DNA of 64,000 bases from the NCBI GenBank assembly GCA_963727975.1, contig CAVSIN010000018.1, forward strand, positions 11,084 to 75,083, written 5' to 3'. The DNA is from an uncultured delta proteobacterium (GTDB lineage: Bacteria; Desulfobacterota; Syntrophobacteria; Syntrophobacterales; Syntrophobacteraceae). The notes under the pieces are model-generated. The model was not told the origin of the DNA. It worked only from the letters and a program-made list of their open reading frames with translations, and ran no database searches. The position numbers and the translations under genes are program-made. Below are positions 44,003 to 54,863 of the stretch, in pieces (positions within the stretch are counted from its first letter, which is position 1; the number at the start of each line of letters is the position of its first letter).

Positions 44003-45028
44003 TCACACCGCAGGGTCCGGTCCGACTTTAACCAGCATCTTGCCGAAGTTTTCGCCTTTGAAGAGGCCGATAAACGCCTCGGGAGCACTTTCAATCCCCT
44101 CGACGACCGTCTCTTTCCACTTTATCCTGCCCTCCCGAATCCACCGGCCCATATCGGAGGAGAACTGCGCAAGCTTATCCATGTGATCGAGCACGATAAA
44201 CCCCTGCAGGGTCAAGCTCCTGACGACCGCCAGAAACAGATTGCCCGGTCCCGGTTCCCTTTGGGCGGCATTATACATTGAAATCATGCCGCAGAGCACA
44301 ATCCTTCCGAATGACTTCATGTTATCCAGCGCGGCTTCCAAATGTTTCCCGCCCACGTTTTCATAGTATATGTCGATTCCTTCGGGGCAGCGTCTGTGAA
44401 GTTCGGCAGTTAAATCGCCGGCCTTTTTGTAATTGACGGCGGCATCTATTCCAGCAGTTTCAAGGAGCCATGAAGTCTTATCATCGGACCCCGCGCTGCC
44501 TACGACACGACAGCCCCGGATTTTTGCGATCTGGGAGACTATCGAACCGACAGCGCCGGATGCGGCCGAAACAAAAACGGTATCCCCCGCCCTCGGCTTA
44601 CCGATATCGAGAAAGCCCACATATGCGGTTAAACCCGGCATGCCAAGCGGACCGAGGTAAGCCTGGACAGGCGCAACAGCAGGATCGATCTTTGTGAGAC
44701 CCGAGCCGTCGGAGATGTAGGATTCCCTCCAACCTTTCATGCCCAGTGCGTAATCACCCGGCTGAAACCTTGAATTTCTTGAAATTACAACCTGTCCAAC
44801 GCATCCTCCCTCCAAAGGCTTGTGCAGCTCAAAGGCAGGGACATAGCTTTTCCCTTCATTCATGCGGCCTCGCATGTAAGGATCGACGGACATGTATATG
44901 TTTCTTATCAGAACTTCCCCCTCAGAGGGTTCGGGGACTTCCGTCTCCACCAGATCGAAGTCGTCTTCCGAAGGCATTCCTGCCGGACGCCTTCTTAGCC
45001 GAATCTGCCGACTTGTGATTTGAGCCAT
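44003..45028 (-). CDS. NADP-dependent alkenal/one oxidoreductase (MDR superfamily, YncB/CurA/PTGR1-like)
   Basis: Intact 341-aa ORF with IRLRRRPAGMPSEDDFDLVE, YMSVDPYMRGRM and AASGAVGSIVSQIAKIRGCRVVG. Confidence 0.85.
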   Translation of the reverse strand: MAQITSRQIRLRRRPAGMPSEDDFDLVETEVPEPSEGEVLIRNIYMSVDPYMRGRMNEGKSYVPAFELHKPLEGGCVGQVVISRNSRFQPGDYALGMKGWRESYISDGSGLTKIDPAVAPVQAYLGPLGMPGLTAYVGFLDIGKPRAGDTVFVSAASGAVGSIVSQIAKIRGCRVVGSAGSDDKTSWLLETAGIDAAVNYKKAGDLTAELHRRCPEGIDIYYENVGGKHLEAALDNMKSFGRIVLCGMISMYNAAQREPGPGNLFLAVVRSLTLQGFIVLDHMDKLAQFSSDMGRWIREGRIKWKETVVEGIESAPEAFIGLFKGENFGKMLVKVGPDPAV

Positions 45029-45409
45029 GCAATTTCTCCTTCTTTTCCTCGTAAGGTAGACTTATAGAATGAGGACGGTCAAAAAAAGCGTATTACTACG
45101 CGTTTTGCGCGTAGGCGATGCCGTTTGAAGGCAAGCCCGCAACGATACACTTCACAAACTGCAGTTACTACGGTGTAAAGTATTCGCTACGCGCGCTTCG
45201 AGCTGCTTCACTTTGCGAAGCGCTCTCGCTGGCCTCCCTTGGCGCAAAATGAGCGCGTAGGCCGACCGCTCGACATGTCTATCCGGCGCGTTAGGCGGCT
45301 GCGGGAGGCCTGGAATCATCATTGGCGCAGCACCAAGATAATCACCATCGAACCAGACATCATACGCGCCAACATGCAGGGTATTCGTTTTCAACAACTG
45401 ACATTATTT

Positions 45410-45427
45410 TGGAACATAAATGTTCCA
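45410..45427. promoter_or_regulatory. 18-bp perfect palindrome TGGAACAT-AA-ATGTTCCA upstream of the NifA-like gene (candidate operator)
   Basis: Read directly from the sequence. It lies about 210 nt upstream of ATG 45637 in an AT-rich patch. Confidence 0.3.
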
Positions 45428-45636
45428 TATTTCCGCTTAACTTCACAAAACCGTTCTATTTTTTTTATGCTTTTTGTAGAAGTTCGAAGCTGGCGCGCCG
45501 CAAACGGCAAAATGCAGATTGCCGCTTTGCAGTCAATTTCCAGGCCAATCGGCGAGAGGCGAAAACGGATGTGCGCAACGGGGAATGTTTCCCGGAGCCG
45601 GGCTTGGCACGACTTTTGACTGTGTTATAGTCCATT

Positions 45637-47174
45637 ATGGAAAAAAGAATAAGAGAAACCGAACTAAACGTCATATTCGAAACGTGCCGGGTTATCGGGC
45701 AGGCCCTGAAACTCGACCAGGCCCTCGACACTATTCTTGCGATCCTTTCATCATCGCTTGCCATGAAGCGCGCAACGGTCACTCTCAAAGATGAAGAAAC
45801 CGGCTATCTCATAATCCGGGCGTCTCACGGTCTCACAGAAGCAGAGAGAAAGCGGGGCGTCTATCGCGAGGACGAGGGGATAACCGGCCTGATCTTCCGG
45901 ACCGCCCAGGCATACATAGTGCCGGACATAAGCAAAGAACCGCTGTTTTTGAACAAGACACGCTCCAGGCATATTCAGAAGGAGTCCATAAGCTTTCTCG
46001 GCGTGCCCATCCTGCTGCACGGAAAGCCGATAGGGGTGCTCCATGTGGACAGGCTGTTCGGAGATGAAGTCCCTTTCGATGAAGACATCCGGCTTCTGTC
46101 CATCATTGCGACCCTGATAGCGCAATTTGTAAGCCTGAACCTCCAGGTCAGGCTGCGCGAGGCGAAGCTTCTGATGGACTGTTCCTATCCGGGCAAAAGC
46201 GCCTCGGAGACTCAGAACCGCTTCTTCATGGTCGGCAAAAGCCCGTCCATGGTGGTGGTGCAGCATCAGATGGAAAAGGTTGCGCCGAGCAAGGCGTCGG
46301 TTCTTCTGCTCGGAGAGTCCGGAACGGGCAAAACCCTGGTCGCCAAAATCCTGCATGAATTGAGCACGAGGTCCGGGTCTCCGTTCGTGAAAATCAACTG
46401 CGCATCTTTGCCCGAGAACCTGCTCGAGTCGGAACTGTTCGGCTACGAAAAAGGGGCCTTCACGGGAGCGGTCAGATCGAAGGCGGGCAGGGTTGAGGAG
46501 GCCGACGGCGGCACCATCTTTCTGGATGAAATCGGCGAACTCACGCTGCCGCTCCAGGCTAAGACTGCTCCGCTTCCTGCAGGAAAAGGAGTTCGAGAGG
46601 CTGGGCAGCGCGATTACCAGAAAAGTCGACGTACGGGTCCTGGCCGCCACGAACAGGGACCTCGCCGCCGGGGTGGCTGAAGGCGCTTTTCGGGAGGACC
46701 TCTACTACAGGCTGAACGTCTTCCCCATTCATGTCCCGCCCCTGAGGGAGCGAAAGGAAGACATCCCGGACCTTCTGCGCCATTTCGTCGGCAAGATATC
46801 TCAGGAGTACGGCCGCAATATCGACATATCCAAGACCGCAATGGCCGTTCTCACCAAATACGATTGGCCCGGAAACGTGCGGGAGATGGAAAACCTGATC
46901 GAGCGTCTGGTTATCATGGCCGACGGTGATGAGATCGATGCAAGCCTGCTGCCTTCATTTTTGAGCGAACAGGATGCAGGGTCAGAGCGCCGAACAGCCT
47001 CTTTCGCGAATCGAGGAGATCGAACGAAAGGAAATTCTGGCTGCCCTGGAGCGCAACAAATGGAATCAGACGCGCACTGCAAAAGAACTGGGCATTACGC
47101 TCAGGCAGATTTCGTACCGGGTCAGAAAATTCGGATTGGATAGGCTGTTGGAAAAGTACAGAAGAGACGCCTGA
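45637..47174 (+). pseudogene. GAF + sigma-54 AAA+ + Fis-HTH enhancer-binding protein, NifA-like; frameshifts near 46555 and 46975
   Basis: GAF: LDTILAILSSSLAMKRATVTL...GITGLIFRT...FLGVPILLHGKPIGVL. AAA+: LLLGESGTGKTLVA, ESELFGYEKGAFTGA, IFLDEIGEL, RVLAATNRDL. HTH: WNQTRTAKELGITLRQISYRVRKFG. Confidence 0.8.
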
Positions 47175-47201
47175 GGCGCAGAGGTTAAATCGTCTTGCAG
47201 G

Positions 47202-48500
47202 TCATCCCCGCGCCTTGGCTTCGGCCATCGCCGCCACGGCCGCCTGCATCACCTGCTTCACCGGAACACCGTGTTGCTCCGCGGCCTTGCGGCAATCCTC
47301 ATACTCCGGCATCGCATTCATCTCCTCTCCGTTCCACAGTCCCAGCTTCACGCGGATGGTTCCAAACGCCGTCGGTGTTTCTATGAACCTCCGCTCCAAT
47401 ACTACACGCTTTTCCTGGCGCACTCTAATGCCCAGCGTGCTCGTTTCCCGGAACAACAGTTCTTCAAAGGCCTCTGCATCTTTGCTTTCGCACAGCACTG
47501 TCAGCAGACTGCCTGCGCGGCCTTTTTTCATTGTCGCCGGAATGCACATTACATCCAAAGCACCCCGAGCTATGGCCAGTTCCATGGCGCGGGCCACTAC
47601 CTGCGGACTCAGGTCGTCCACTGCACATTCGAGCACCGTGATCGTCTCTTCGGAAAACTGCGTCGCACTTTGCGCATCGCCAATGCTGAGCCGTAGCACA
47701 TTCGGGAAGCGGGCAGGATTCAGTTTCCCGGCGCCATAGCCAATCGAATGAGACCGCATTGCGGGAGCATCACCGAAGCGGCACCCGAGTGCTCTCAGCA
47801 GGGCTGCTCCAGTCGGCGTCGCCAACTCCATCTGGATCCCCGATGAATAAGTAGGCATGCCTTTAAGGAGTTCGGCAGCCGCCGGAGCGGGCACCGGAAA
47901 CCGGCCATGGGCGCATTCCACAAATCCACCGCCGACATTGATTGCGGAACAGACCCACTGGTCGACTTGAAGCGAACAAAGTCCTACCGCACTACACACA
48001 ATATCGGCAATCGTGTCTACCGCTCCCACTTCGTGGAAGTGAACTTTTTCCGCCGGGACGTTGTGAATCTGCCCTTCCACTCGCGCCAGGGACTCAAAGG
48101 TTCGCAGCGCCAGGTCCTTCGCGTCTTCCGGTAACGCAGCCTGCTCTATCAACGCACGAATGTCCGCCCAATCTCTTCCGTGCACATGACCATGACCATG
48201 CTCTTCACGAGGGCGTTCCAGATCGAACTCCCCATGAGAATGGCCGCCCCCATGCTCTGCGTGAGCGTGAGCCCCCTCATCCGGCCGTGGAGCATCCGCA
48301 GGGTGGCCATCCACCAGCACATCTACTTTCGTGGACTGGATGCCGCTACGGTTTACCCGCATGACATGCAACTCCGCTCCCAAGTCCAGCGCCCCTACGG
48401 TCGCCCTCAGAAGCTCGGCGGACACTCCAGCGTCGATCAGCGCTCCCAGCAGCATGTCTCCGCTGATGCCTGCGAAGCATTCAAGATATCCAATTTTCAT
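47202..48500 (-). CDS. larC: Nickel-pincer cofactor nickel-insertion protein LarC (DUF111 family)
   Basis: Intact ORF from MKIGYLECFAGISGDMLLGALIDAGV, with the His-rich segment HAHAEHGGGHSHGE...HGHGHVHG and HFHEVGAVDTIADIV. Confidence 0.85.
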   Translation of the reverse strand: MKIGYLECFAGISGDMLLGALIDAGVSAELLRATVGALDLGAELHVMRVNRSGIQSTKVDVLVDGHPADAPRPDEGAHAHAEHGGGHSHGEFDLERPREEHGHGHVHGRDWADIRALIEQAALPEDAKDLALRTFESLARVEGQIHNVPAEKVHFHEVGAVDTIADIVCSAVGLCSLQVDQWVCSAINVGGGFVECAHGRFPVPAPAAAELLKGMPTYSSGIQMELATPTGAALLRALGCRFGDAPAMRSHSIGYGAGKLNPARFPNVLRLSIGDAQSATQFSEETITVLECAVDDLSPQVVARAMELAIARGALDVMCIPATMKKGRAGSLLTVLCESKDAEAFEELLFRETSTLGIRVRQEKRVVLERRFIETPTAFGTIRVKLGLWNGEEMNAMPEYEDCRKAAEQHGVPVKQVMQAAVAAMAEAKARG

Positions 48501-48586
48501 TTCGCGACTTCTCCTCGAACTTCCTGATCGGACATAAACCGGCATTTCCAATCCGGGCAGGCGGCGACCCCGGGCAGCGCAGCCTG

Positions 48587-49450
48587 CTACCGTTTCCTGG
48601 CGCCGTCAACCAAAGAATCGACCGGCAGGACGGCATTCATGGAGCCGGAACGAAAACCTTCGAGATCGAGGGTCACATACGTAAATCCGATGGACTTGAA
48701 GATGCTCACCAGCTCTTCAGCCATCGACAGCGACATAGCACGCGGCAGCTCTTCCCGTGCAATCTCGATGCGAGCGATCTTGCCGTGGTGTCTCACCCGA
48801 AACTGTTTGAATCCCAGGTCGCGCAACGCATCCTCGCCCCTCTCAATTTGCCCGAGAATCTCTACCGATACTTCCCGCCCGTATTCAATGCGCGACGCCA
48901 GACACGCCGAAGCCGGCTTATTCCAGATTCGAAGCCCCGCCGCGTGCGCCAGAGTGCGGATGTCCTGTTTCGACATGCCCGCTTCCAGCAAAGGGGCCTT
49001 CACGCCATGCGCCAAGGCCGCCCGCTGGCCGGGACGATAGTCGCCTTGATCGTCTGTGTTGACGCCGTAAACAATCGACTCGAAATGGCGCTCTTTGCGA
49101 AAGCGGTCGAGCGCGGCGAATAACTCGTCCTTGCAGTGAAAGCACCGCATACCATCATTTCGTATATACTCGGGCCGCTGCATCTCGCCTGTGGAAATCC
49201 GGCCCCACGGAATGCCGTACTCTTCGCAAAAAGCGATTGCGTCCTTCAATTGCGCACGCGCCAGACTTGGCGTGTCGCTGATTACGGCCATCATTTTCCC
49301 TGGAATCGCTTGATGCGTCGCCCAGGCGAGAAACGCTGAATCTACCCCTCCTGAATACGCGACCAATACTCTTCCTAGAGAGCGCAACTCACGGTTGAGC
49401 TTGTTCAGCTTCGCCTTGAGTTCATTATCCACTTCATTTGCGACAGACAT
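48587..49450 (-). CDS. larE: ATP-dependent sacrificial sulfur transferase LarE (PP-loop ATP pyrophosphatase)
   Basis: Intact 287-aa ORF with PP-loop VAYSGGVDSAFLA and the conserved Cys context PASACLASRIEYG. Confidence 0.85.
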   Translation of the reverse strand: MSVANEVDNELKAKLNKLNRELRSLGRVLVAYSGGVDSAFLAWATHQAIPGKMMAVISDTPSLARAQLKDAIAFCEEYGIPWGRISTGEMQRPEYIRNDGMRCFHCKDELFAALDRFRKERHFESIVYGVNTDDQGDYRPGQRAALAHGVKAPLLEAGMSKQDIRTLAHAAGLRIWNKPASACLASRIEYGREVSVEILGQIERGEDALRDLGFKQFRVRHHGKIARIEIAREELPRAMSLSMAEELVSIFKSIGFTYVTLDLEGFRSGSMNAVLPVDSLVDGARKR

Positions 49451-49481
49451 AACTCCTCTTTGCCGGCTCAGGCCCCGACTC

Positions 49482-51434
49482 CTCAGCCTGAACCTTCCAC
49501 TTTGTACCTCTTTAGTCGCCGATACAGAGTGCTCCGCGATATGCCGAGCGACCTGGCCGCCTGTTGCCGTTCCCCGAAATGGCGAACAGCCTCCAGAATC
49601 GCCCTTTTCTCAACCTCCTCGATGTTCGATGGCCAGCCATCGCGGGGAACATCTTATCGGCCGGCATGTCTGATTCGGCGTACAGGAAGTCGGGCAGGTG
49701 CTGTTCCTCGATAATGTCTCCTTCAACAAGGCTGATGGCACGCTCCACGACATTTTCCAACTGGCGGACATTGCCGGGCCACTGGTAGCTGCACAAGCGT
49801 TTCAAGACCGGAAGCGAAACACCGACTACAGATTTGCCAAACCGCGCCGAAATGCTTGCTACAAGATGGTCCACCAACTGTGTAATGTCCCCGATTCTCT
49901 CACGCAAGGGAGGGATGTGAATCTCGAACACATTAAGGCGGTAAAACAGGTCCTGGCGAAAGTTACCCTTGGGGACTTCGACGGCCAGGTCTTTGCTGGT
50001 AGCCGCGATCACCCGAACATTGATCGGTGTTGAGCGAAGTCCACCGATCCTCACCACGGATCGCTCCTGCAATACCCTCAGCAACACTGTCTGTATGTTG
50101 AGCGGCATCTCCCCTATTTCGTCGAGGAAAATGGTTCCATCGTTTGCAAGCTCAAACTTGCCCGGGCGTCCATTCCTGCTCGCGCCGGTAAAGGAGCCGC
50201 CTTCGTAGCCAAACAATTCGCTCTCGATGAGTGTTTCGGGAATCGCGGCGCAGTTCAAAGCTACAAAGGGCTGGCCGGCAAGGCTGGCGTTATGAATAGC
50301 CTGAGCGAAGAGTTCCTTCCCTGTTCCGCTCTCCCCTTGAATCAGCACCGTATGCATGTTTCGGGCTGCAACCTGAGCAAGATGGATTGCCCGTTGAATC
50401 GCCGAGCTTTCCCCGATAATGTTCGCAAAGGTGAATCTGGCTTCCGCGCCGGTGATTTGATTCACCACCCTTTGCAGCTTCTTCATCTCCTTCAAGGTGG
50501 CGACCGCCCCTACCACCTGGCCGTTGGCGAGAAAGATGGGCGTGGCGCTGACGTGACAGTGAATATAACCGCGCCTGGTCTCCATCGCGGTTTCTATGTC
50601 GGTCACCGGCCTACCGTCGGCTACAACTCTTTTGAACAGCGACTGCTTGCCGACAAACTCCTGAATGTCTTTTCCCCGGGCGAACAAGGTGTCCGTGGCC
50701 AGAATATTGGCTGCCTCGGAATTGATTTCCTTGATGAATCCATTGGAATCAATGGCGACAATGCCATCTGAGATCGAATTAATTACCGTTCTCAGGTATT
50801 CGTTGGCCAGCCAGATCTGCCGATGGTCCTCCTCGATGCGTATCTGATTCGTGATCGCCTTGCTCGCCACAACCACGATACCCAAGGTGTGAAGGTGGGC
50901 TTCTTCTCTGGGTCCGCTCAGGCAGAGAATTCCGAGCAGACGGTCGTCATGATTGAATATCGGGGCTGCAGAACAGGTCAGATCGTGGTCCTTTTCAAAG
51001 TAGTGTTCGCAGCCAACGACCTGAACCGGCAGACCAAGCCGGAGGGCAAGTCCGATCGCCCCTGTTCCCGCTTGTTCTTCCCCCCACATTCCACCGGGTC
51101 GCAGGTTTCCCTCCAGGCCGGCGTCTCTCAATTTTCCGCCCGGCAGCATTTCCAGAATCACACCGTCTCTGTCAGTGAGCAACGTCAAAAAGCCCAAATC
51201 GTTTCACGAGAGACTGCAGTTCATCGAGGATCGGCACAGCGACGGTCAACAGGTCCCGGTTTCGCGCCACGCGCCGCTCCAGCTCTTCTCGCTCGACAAC
51301 TACAACGGCGGGTCCCCGTTCGGGATCATGCCCAAGGGATCGACAACGCGTCCAGGACTGGGCAATCAGATGCGGCACGGCAGGAACACACTCTCCCGTG
51401 GTGACGAACTTGTTCCAGGCATCTTTGCGTGCAT
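49482..51434 (-). pseudogene. AcoR-type GAF-PAS-sigma-54 AAA+-HTH enhancer-binding protein; 3 frameshifts (about 51425, 51185, 49620)
   Basis: MHAK/DAWNKFVTTGE...HLIAQSWTRC, then a PAS segment (INSISDGIVAIDSNGFIKEIN), LIQGESGTGKELFA, ESELFGYEGGSFTGA, RVIAATSKDL and the HTH ARSLGISRSTLYRRLKRY in a shifted frame. The break at 51424-51426 is repaired by reading A3 as A4. Confidence 0.8.
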
Positions 51435-51653
51435 GCTGTCAATCCTGCCTGCACTGCTCATACTGACGACCCGCCAACGATTGTCGGCCTGAATCATGGT
51501 GACGGCGGACGGCCGGATTACGCCAAATATGCCCAAATCCATTCCCTCACCGAAATGAAAGCCATTTCGGCCGGGATTCGCACTGATTGTAGCATCCTGC
51601 GCAATAACATGGAAGGCGATCGCTGGGCGCTCCATCGCGAGGGACAACCCCGG

Positions 51654-53674
51654 TCACGGTTTTTTTCCCAAGCCTTCTGCTACATCTTTGAGCCCCAGTC
51701 GTTCCAGGGTTGAATGGGTGGGAATGCCGGATTCTACGTCCCATTCCATTAATTTGATAATACTCACTCTTGGAACGTTCCAGATCTTCTCGCAGGTACT
51801 TCCTGCCTCCTGCGTCTTCCTTTTCGAAGTAAAGGTCATGGAAAATGTCGTCCGCACGGGTTCGACCATCTCGTGCGGCTATGGCTCTCTCCAATGTGCA
51901 AAGCATTTCTCCCTTTCGATAGGATTCCTCCTCACTCATCTCGTCTCCTGTAACTGCAGAATAGAGGCGGGATTCAAGGGTGGTATCTCCCACATGATCG
52001 GCAGAATTGGCATTGAACAGATAAGGGAAAAGGATGTCACACACAATGTAGCTGTCCTTCAGAAGGGAATGTTCATGATACCGCTTTACCACGGGGGCAG
52101 CCCATTTCCAATTCAAACTCTTTCCATCCGGCTGAAAAAATTCTGCCGCTTCTTCTGAACCATAGACGGCCTTCATCACGGGTTTGAGAATAGGGAAGAT
52201 TTTTTCCGGTACAGCGGTCAGGGCGTTCTGCCCGATGGTGAAAGCAGCACCCCAAAGCATGGAGATGTAGCTGTGGGAGACCATGGCGTCCCGGTTGTCC
52301 AGGGCCCACATCAAAGCCAGGGCAGGAACCGCATATCCCGTGGGAAAGCCTCCCAGATAGACCCAATGCTCACGATAACCGCCGAACTTCCCCGCGCGGG
52401 GATAATACATCCGGGAGAGTTTTTCGGCTTTTCCTCCAAGCTCGGCGGCCGCACGCCGCCCCCCGTTGGCGAGAAGGTCTCCGAATCCTTCTCGATTGGC
52501 AATTTTTTCAAGAAGCACGGAGATGAACTTCCAGGAACCGATTTCTTCAAGAGGAAGCCCAGTCTCTTTCTCTGAAATCAGCTTCTCCCGATAGCAGTCC
52601 GAAAGCCAGGGGATGATGGCCATCAACTCATAGGAGTTGATTCCGAAAAGGTCGGCTAATTTGGCAGCCTGCCAGGTGATTTTGCTATAGCCCTTCTCAG
52701 GCTCGTCGACCATGGACTCGAGATACATGTAAGACCGGGCGCATAAGGCTACGCCGGAGGTGATGTCCGGTCCCTTTAACCGCGAGCGGCAAGCGACAGG
52801 GCAGGAGAAACAACCGTCAGGAGTTTGTGAATAACCCGAGGAAGGGTCGTTACAGAGATCGAGAAGCTCGCCGGGAAGAAGCGTAAGGCCTCCCCGGCCA
52901 TAGCCGCCGCCCCATATATTGTACTTAAAATCTTTTTCTTCCGGCTGAAAGGGATCCTTTTTTAAAGATTTCCGCGAAAAGAGTCTTTGGATGTGCATGG
53001 GTGAGTTGCATCAGTTCTTTTGGCCTGGCCACGGTCACACTTCCGGTGCCCCGGACCGCAATGGCCTTCAGGTTTTTCGAGCCCATCACACCGCCAAATC
53101 CTCCCTGGCCCGACGCATCCCCGGTGTCCGTGAGAATGCATGCGATGCGGCTTCGATTTTCTCCGGCCCTTCCAATAACCATGACTCTCGTCTTATCGCC
53201 ATGAAGCTTCCAGATCATCTGTTGGGTCTGATAGGTATCAAGGCCCCATAAACCGGTGGCGTCAAGGATTTCAGCCTTCTGATCGGTAATCCAAAGGTAG
53301 ACGGGCTTCGAGGCTCTTCCCTGGATAATGAGGGCATCGTATCCAGCCCATTTCAGTTCAGGAGCGAAGTGTCCTCCAACGCCTGAACGAGCATAGGATT
53401 CGATGGGGCCGGTCTGTGGAGACTTCCCCACAATCGTGAGCCGGCCCGATGTGGGCGCCAGAGTCCCTTGCAGGGGACCTGTAGCCAAGACCAGCCGATT
53501 TTCAGGGTCGAATGCTCCCGCCTCCGAAGGCACCTCATCCCAGCAGATCTTGGCCCCGAGTCCACGACCTCCTAAAAATTTGGGCACATAGTCAAAGGTT
53601 GAAATCTCGGAGATTTTACTGTTGGTCAGGTCAACCCTGAGAATTTTTCCAACCCATCCGCCCGAAGGAGTCAT
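51654..53674 (-). pseudogene. Aldehyde:ferredoxin oxidoreductase (AOR) family pterin enzyme, YdhV-like; frameshifts near 52960 and 51750
   Basis: GGWVGKILRVDLTNSKISE, GGRGLGAKI, LATGPLQGTLAPTSGRL, GGFGGVMGSKNLKAIAVRG, GCFSCPVACR and the C-terminus EWDVESGIPTHSTLERLGLKDVAEGL. Confidence 0.85.
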
Positions 53675-53675
53675 C

Positions 53676-54281
53676 TCAGTCCTCTTTGATCACGGGATAA
53701 CCCACGAGCAGTCCCTGTTCCGAACGCTCCACCCGTAAAACACCCATGGGGCAAAACTTCACACATTGAGGGTCTCCGAAGCAAAGGTGGCATTTGATCG
53801 ATTTTTCCTTTAGCACATCGAATCTTGGCCTTGGGGGCCGAAAATATTGCTGACAAGCCTCGATACATTGCTGGCAGCCTATACACAGGCTTTCATCAAT
53901 GATTCGAGCAAAGGTGCCGTCCGCTTCTCCACCTGCAGGGCGCCCACCGGGCAAACCTTCAAACAGGGAGGATCGCTGCACTGATAGCATACCTTAGGCC
54001 CGTAGTCCCCTTTGATGTACTCTTTTTCTATCGGAAAGCCGCGCGAGTGAAGAGGCATTCCGGCCTTCGCTGTTAAGGTTGGCGCAGACCATTTCGCAGA
54101 CACGGCATCCGGAACAGAGAGTCTTATCTACAAAAATGGCCATCTTGGCCAAGGCCACCTTTTGACCGTCGGGAAGGGTGGAAGCCCAGAGCAGATCCCC
54201 GAAAGCAACGACGTCGCCAAGAGCTAAGGCGCTAAGCGTAAGGCCCTTGAGAAAAATACGGCGGTCAACCTCCTTGGCCAT
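53676..54281 (-). pseudogene. Tat-signal 4Fe-4S ferredoxin-type subunit (YdhX/DmsB-like); about 2 frameshifts
   Basis: Twin-arginine signal DRRIFLKGLTLSALALG. Cys clusters CSGCRVCEMVC, CYQCSDPPCLKVCP, CIGCQQCIEAC and CHLCFGDPQCVKFCP. Confidence 0.8.
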
Positions 54282-54293
54282 TTACATTTTTCC

Positions 54294-54657
54294 CTATTTC
54301 AGGACTAAGAGCGGATCATTGTGCTTCGGTAGTTGCAATTGAGTAGCAGGAGGCGAGAAATAAGGTCTCGTGACGACCGGGCCGAAAGATTCGCCGGTTT
54401 CTTTAATAACCAGTTTGTAATAGTACTTTGATTCACTCCCCACGCTCTTATCAACATAATCATAAGCGTTCTTGTCGGGGACAAGATTTGTCACATCCAG
54501 TTCCTTATAAGGACCTTCCTCGAAGGTTTCAGCCCTTAGAATCTGTACTGACAGTTGGCCTTTTCAGACCATCGCTCGTCTTCCAGGTCAATTTGGCTGC
54601 CCGGTAAAGGGGCTGGACCCTGAAATCCACAATGGTTGGAGCCGCTTTCTGAGACAT
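54294..54657 (-). pseudogene. Small hypothetical protein (possibly beta-sandwich/FN3-like), one frameshift near 54560; start uncertain
   Basis: PTIVDFRVQPLYRAAKLTWKTSDG... / DKNAYDYVDKSVGSESKYYYKLVIKETGESFGPV. Confidence 0.35.
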
Positions 54658-54863
54658 GGTTGCTTGTGGGTTAAGGAGCGAATAGAAAAGAGTAGGGTGG
54701 GAAAAACGACAGCATATCTGGTCATAAACATTTCTCCACGTCTTTTTCCTTGGATTGAAAGCTCCCCCGTTCCCCGGGAACAGGGAAGAGGGGGAGCATA
54801 AGTTATGAAATGAAGGTGCTTCAGATCGCTTCGGGGACTTTGATTATCACTCGTCCCGGAAAA

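Noticed and set aside
45605-45619. TGGCACgactTTTGA as a sigma-54 promoter for the NifA-like gene.
   Set aside because: The -12 element is TTGA rather than TTGC, and it sits only about 18 nt from the ATG with no Shine-Dalgarno. It is kept only as a remark within a finding.
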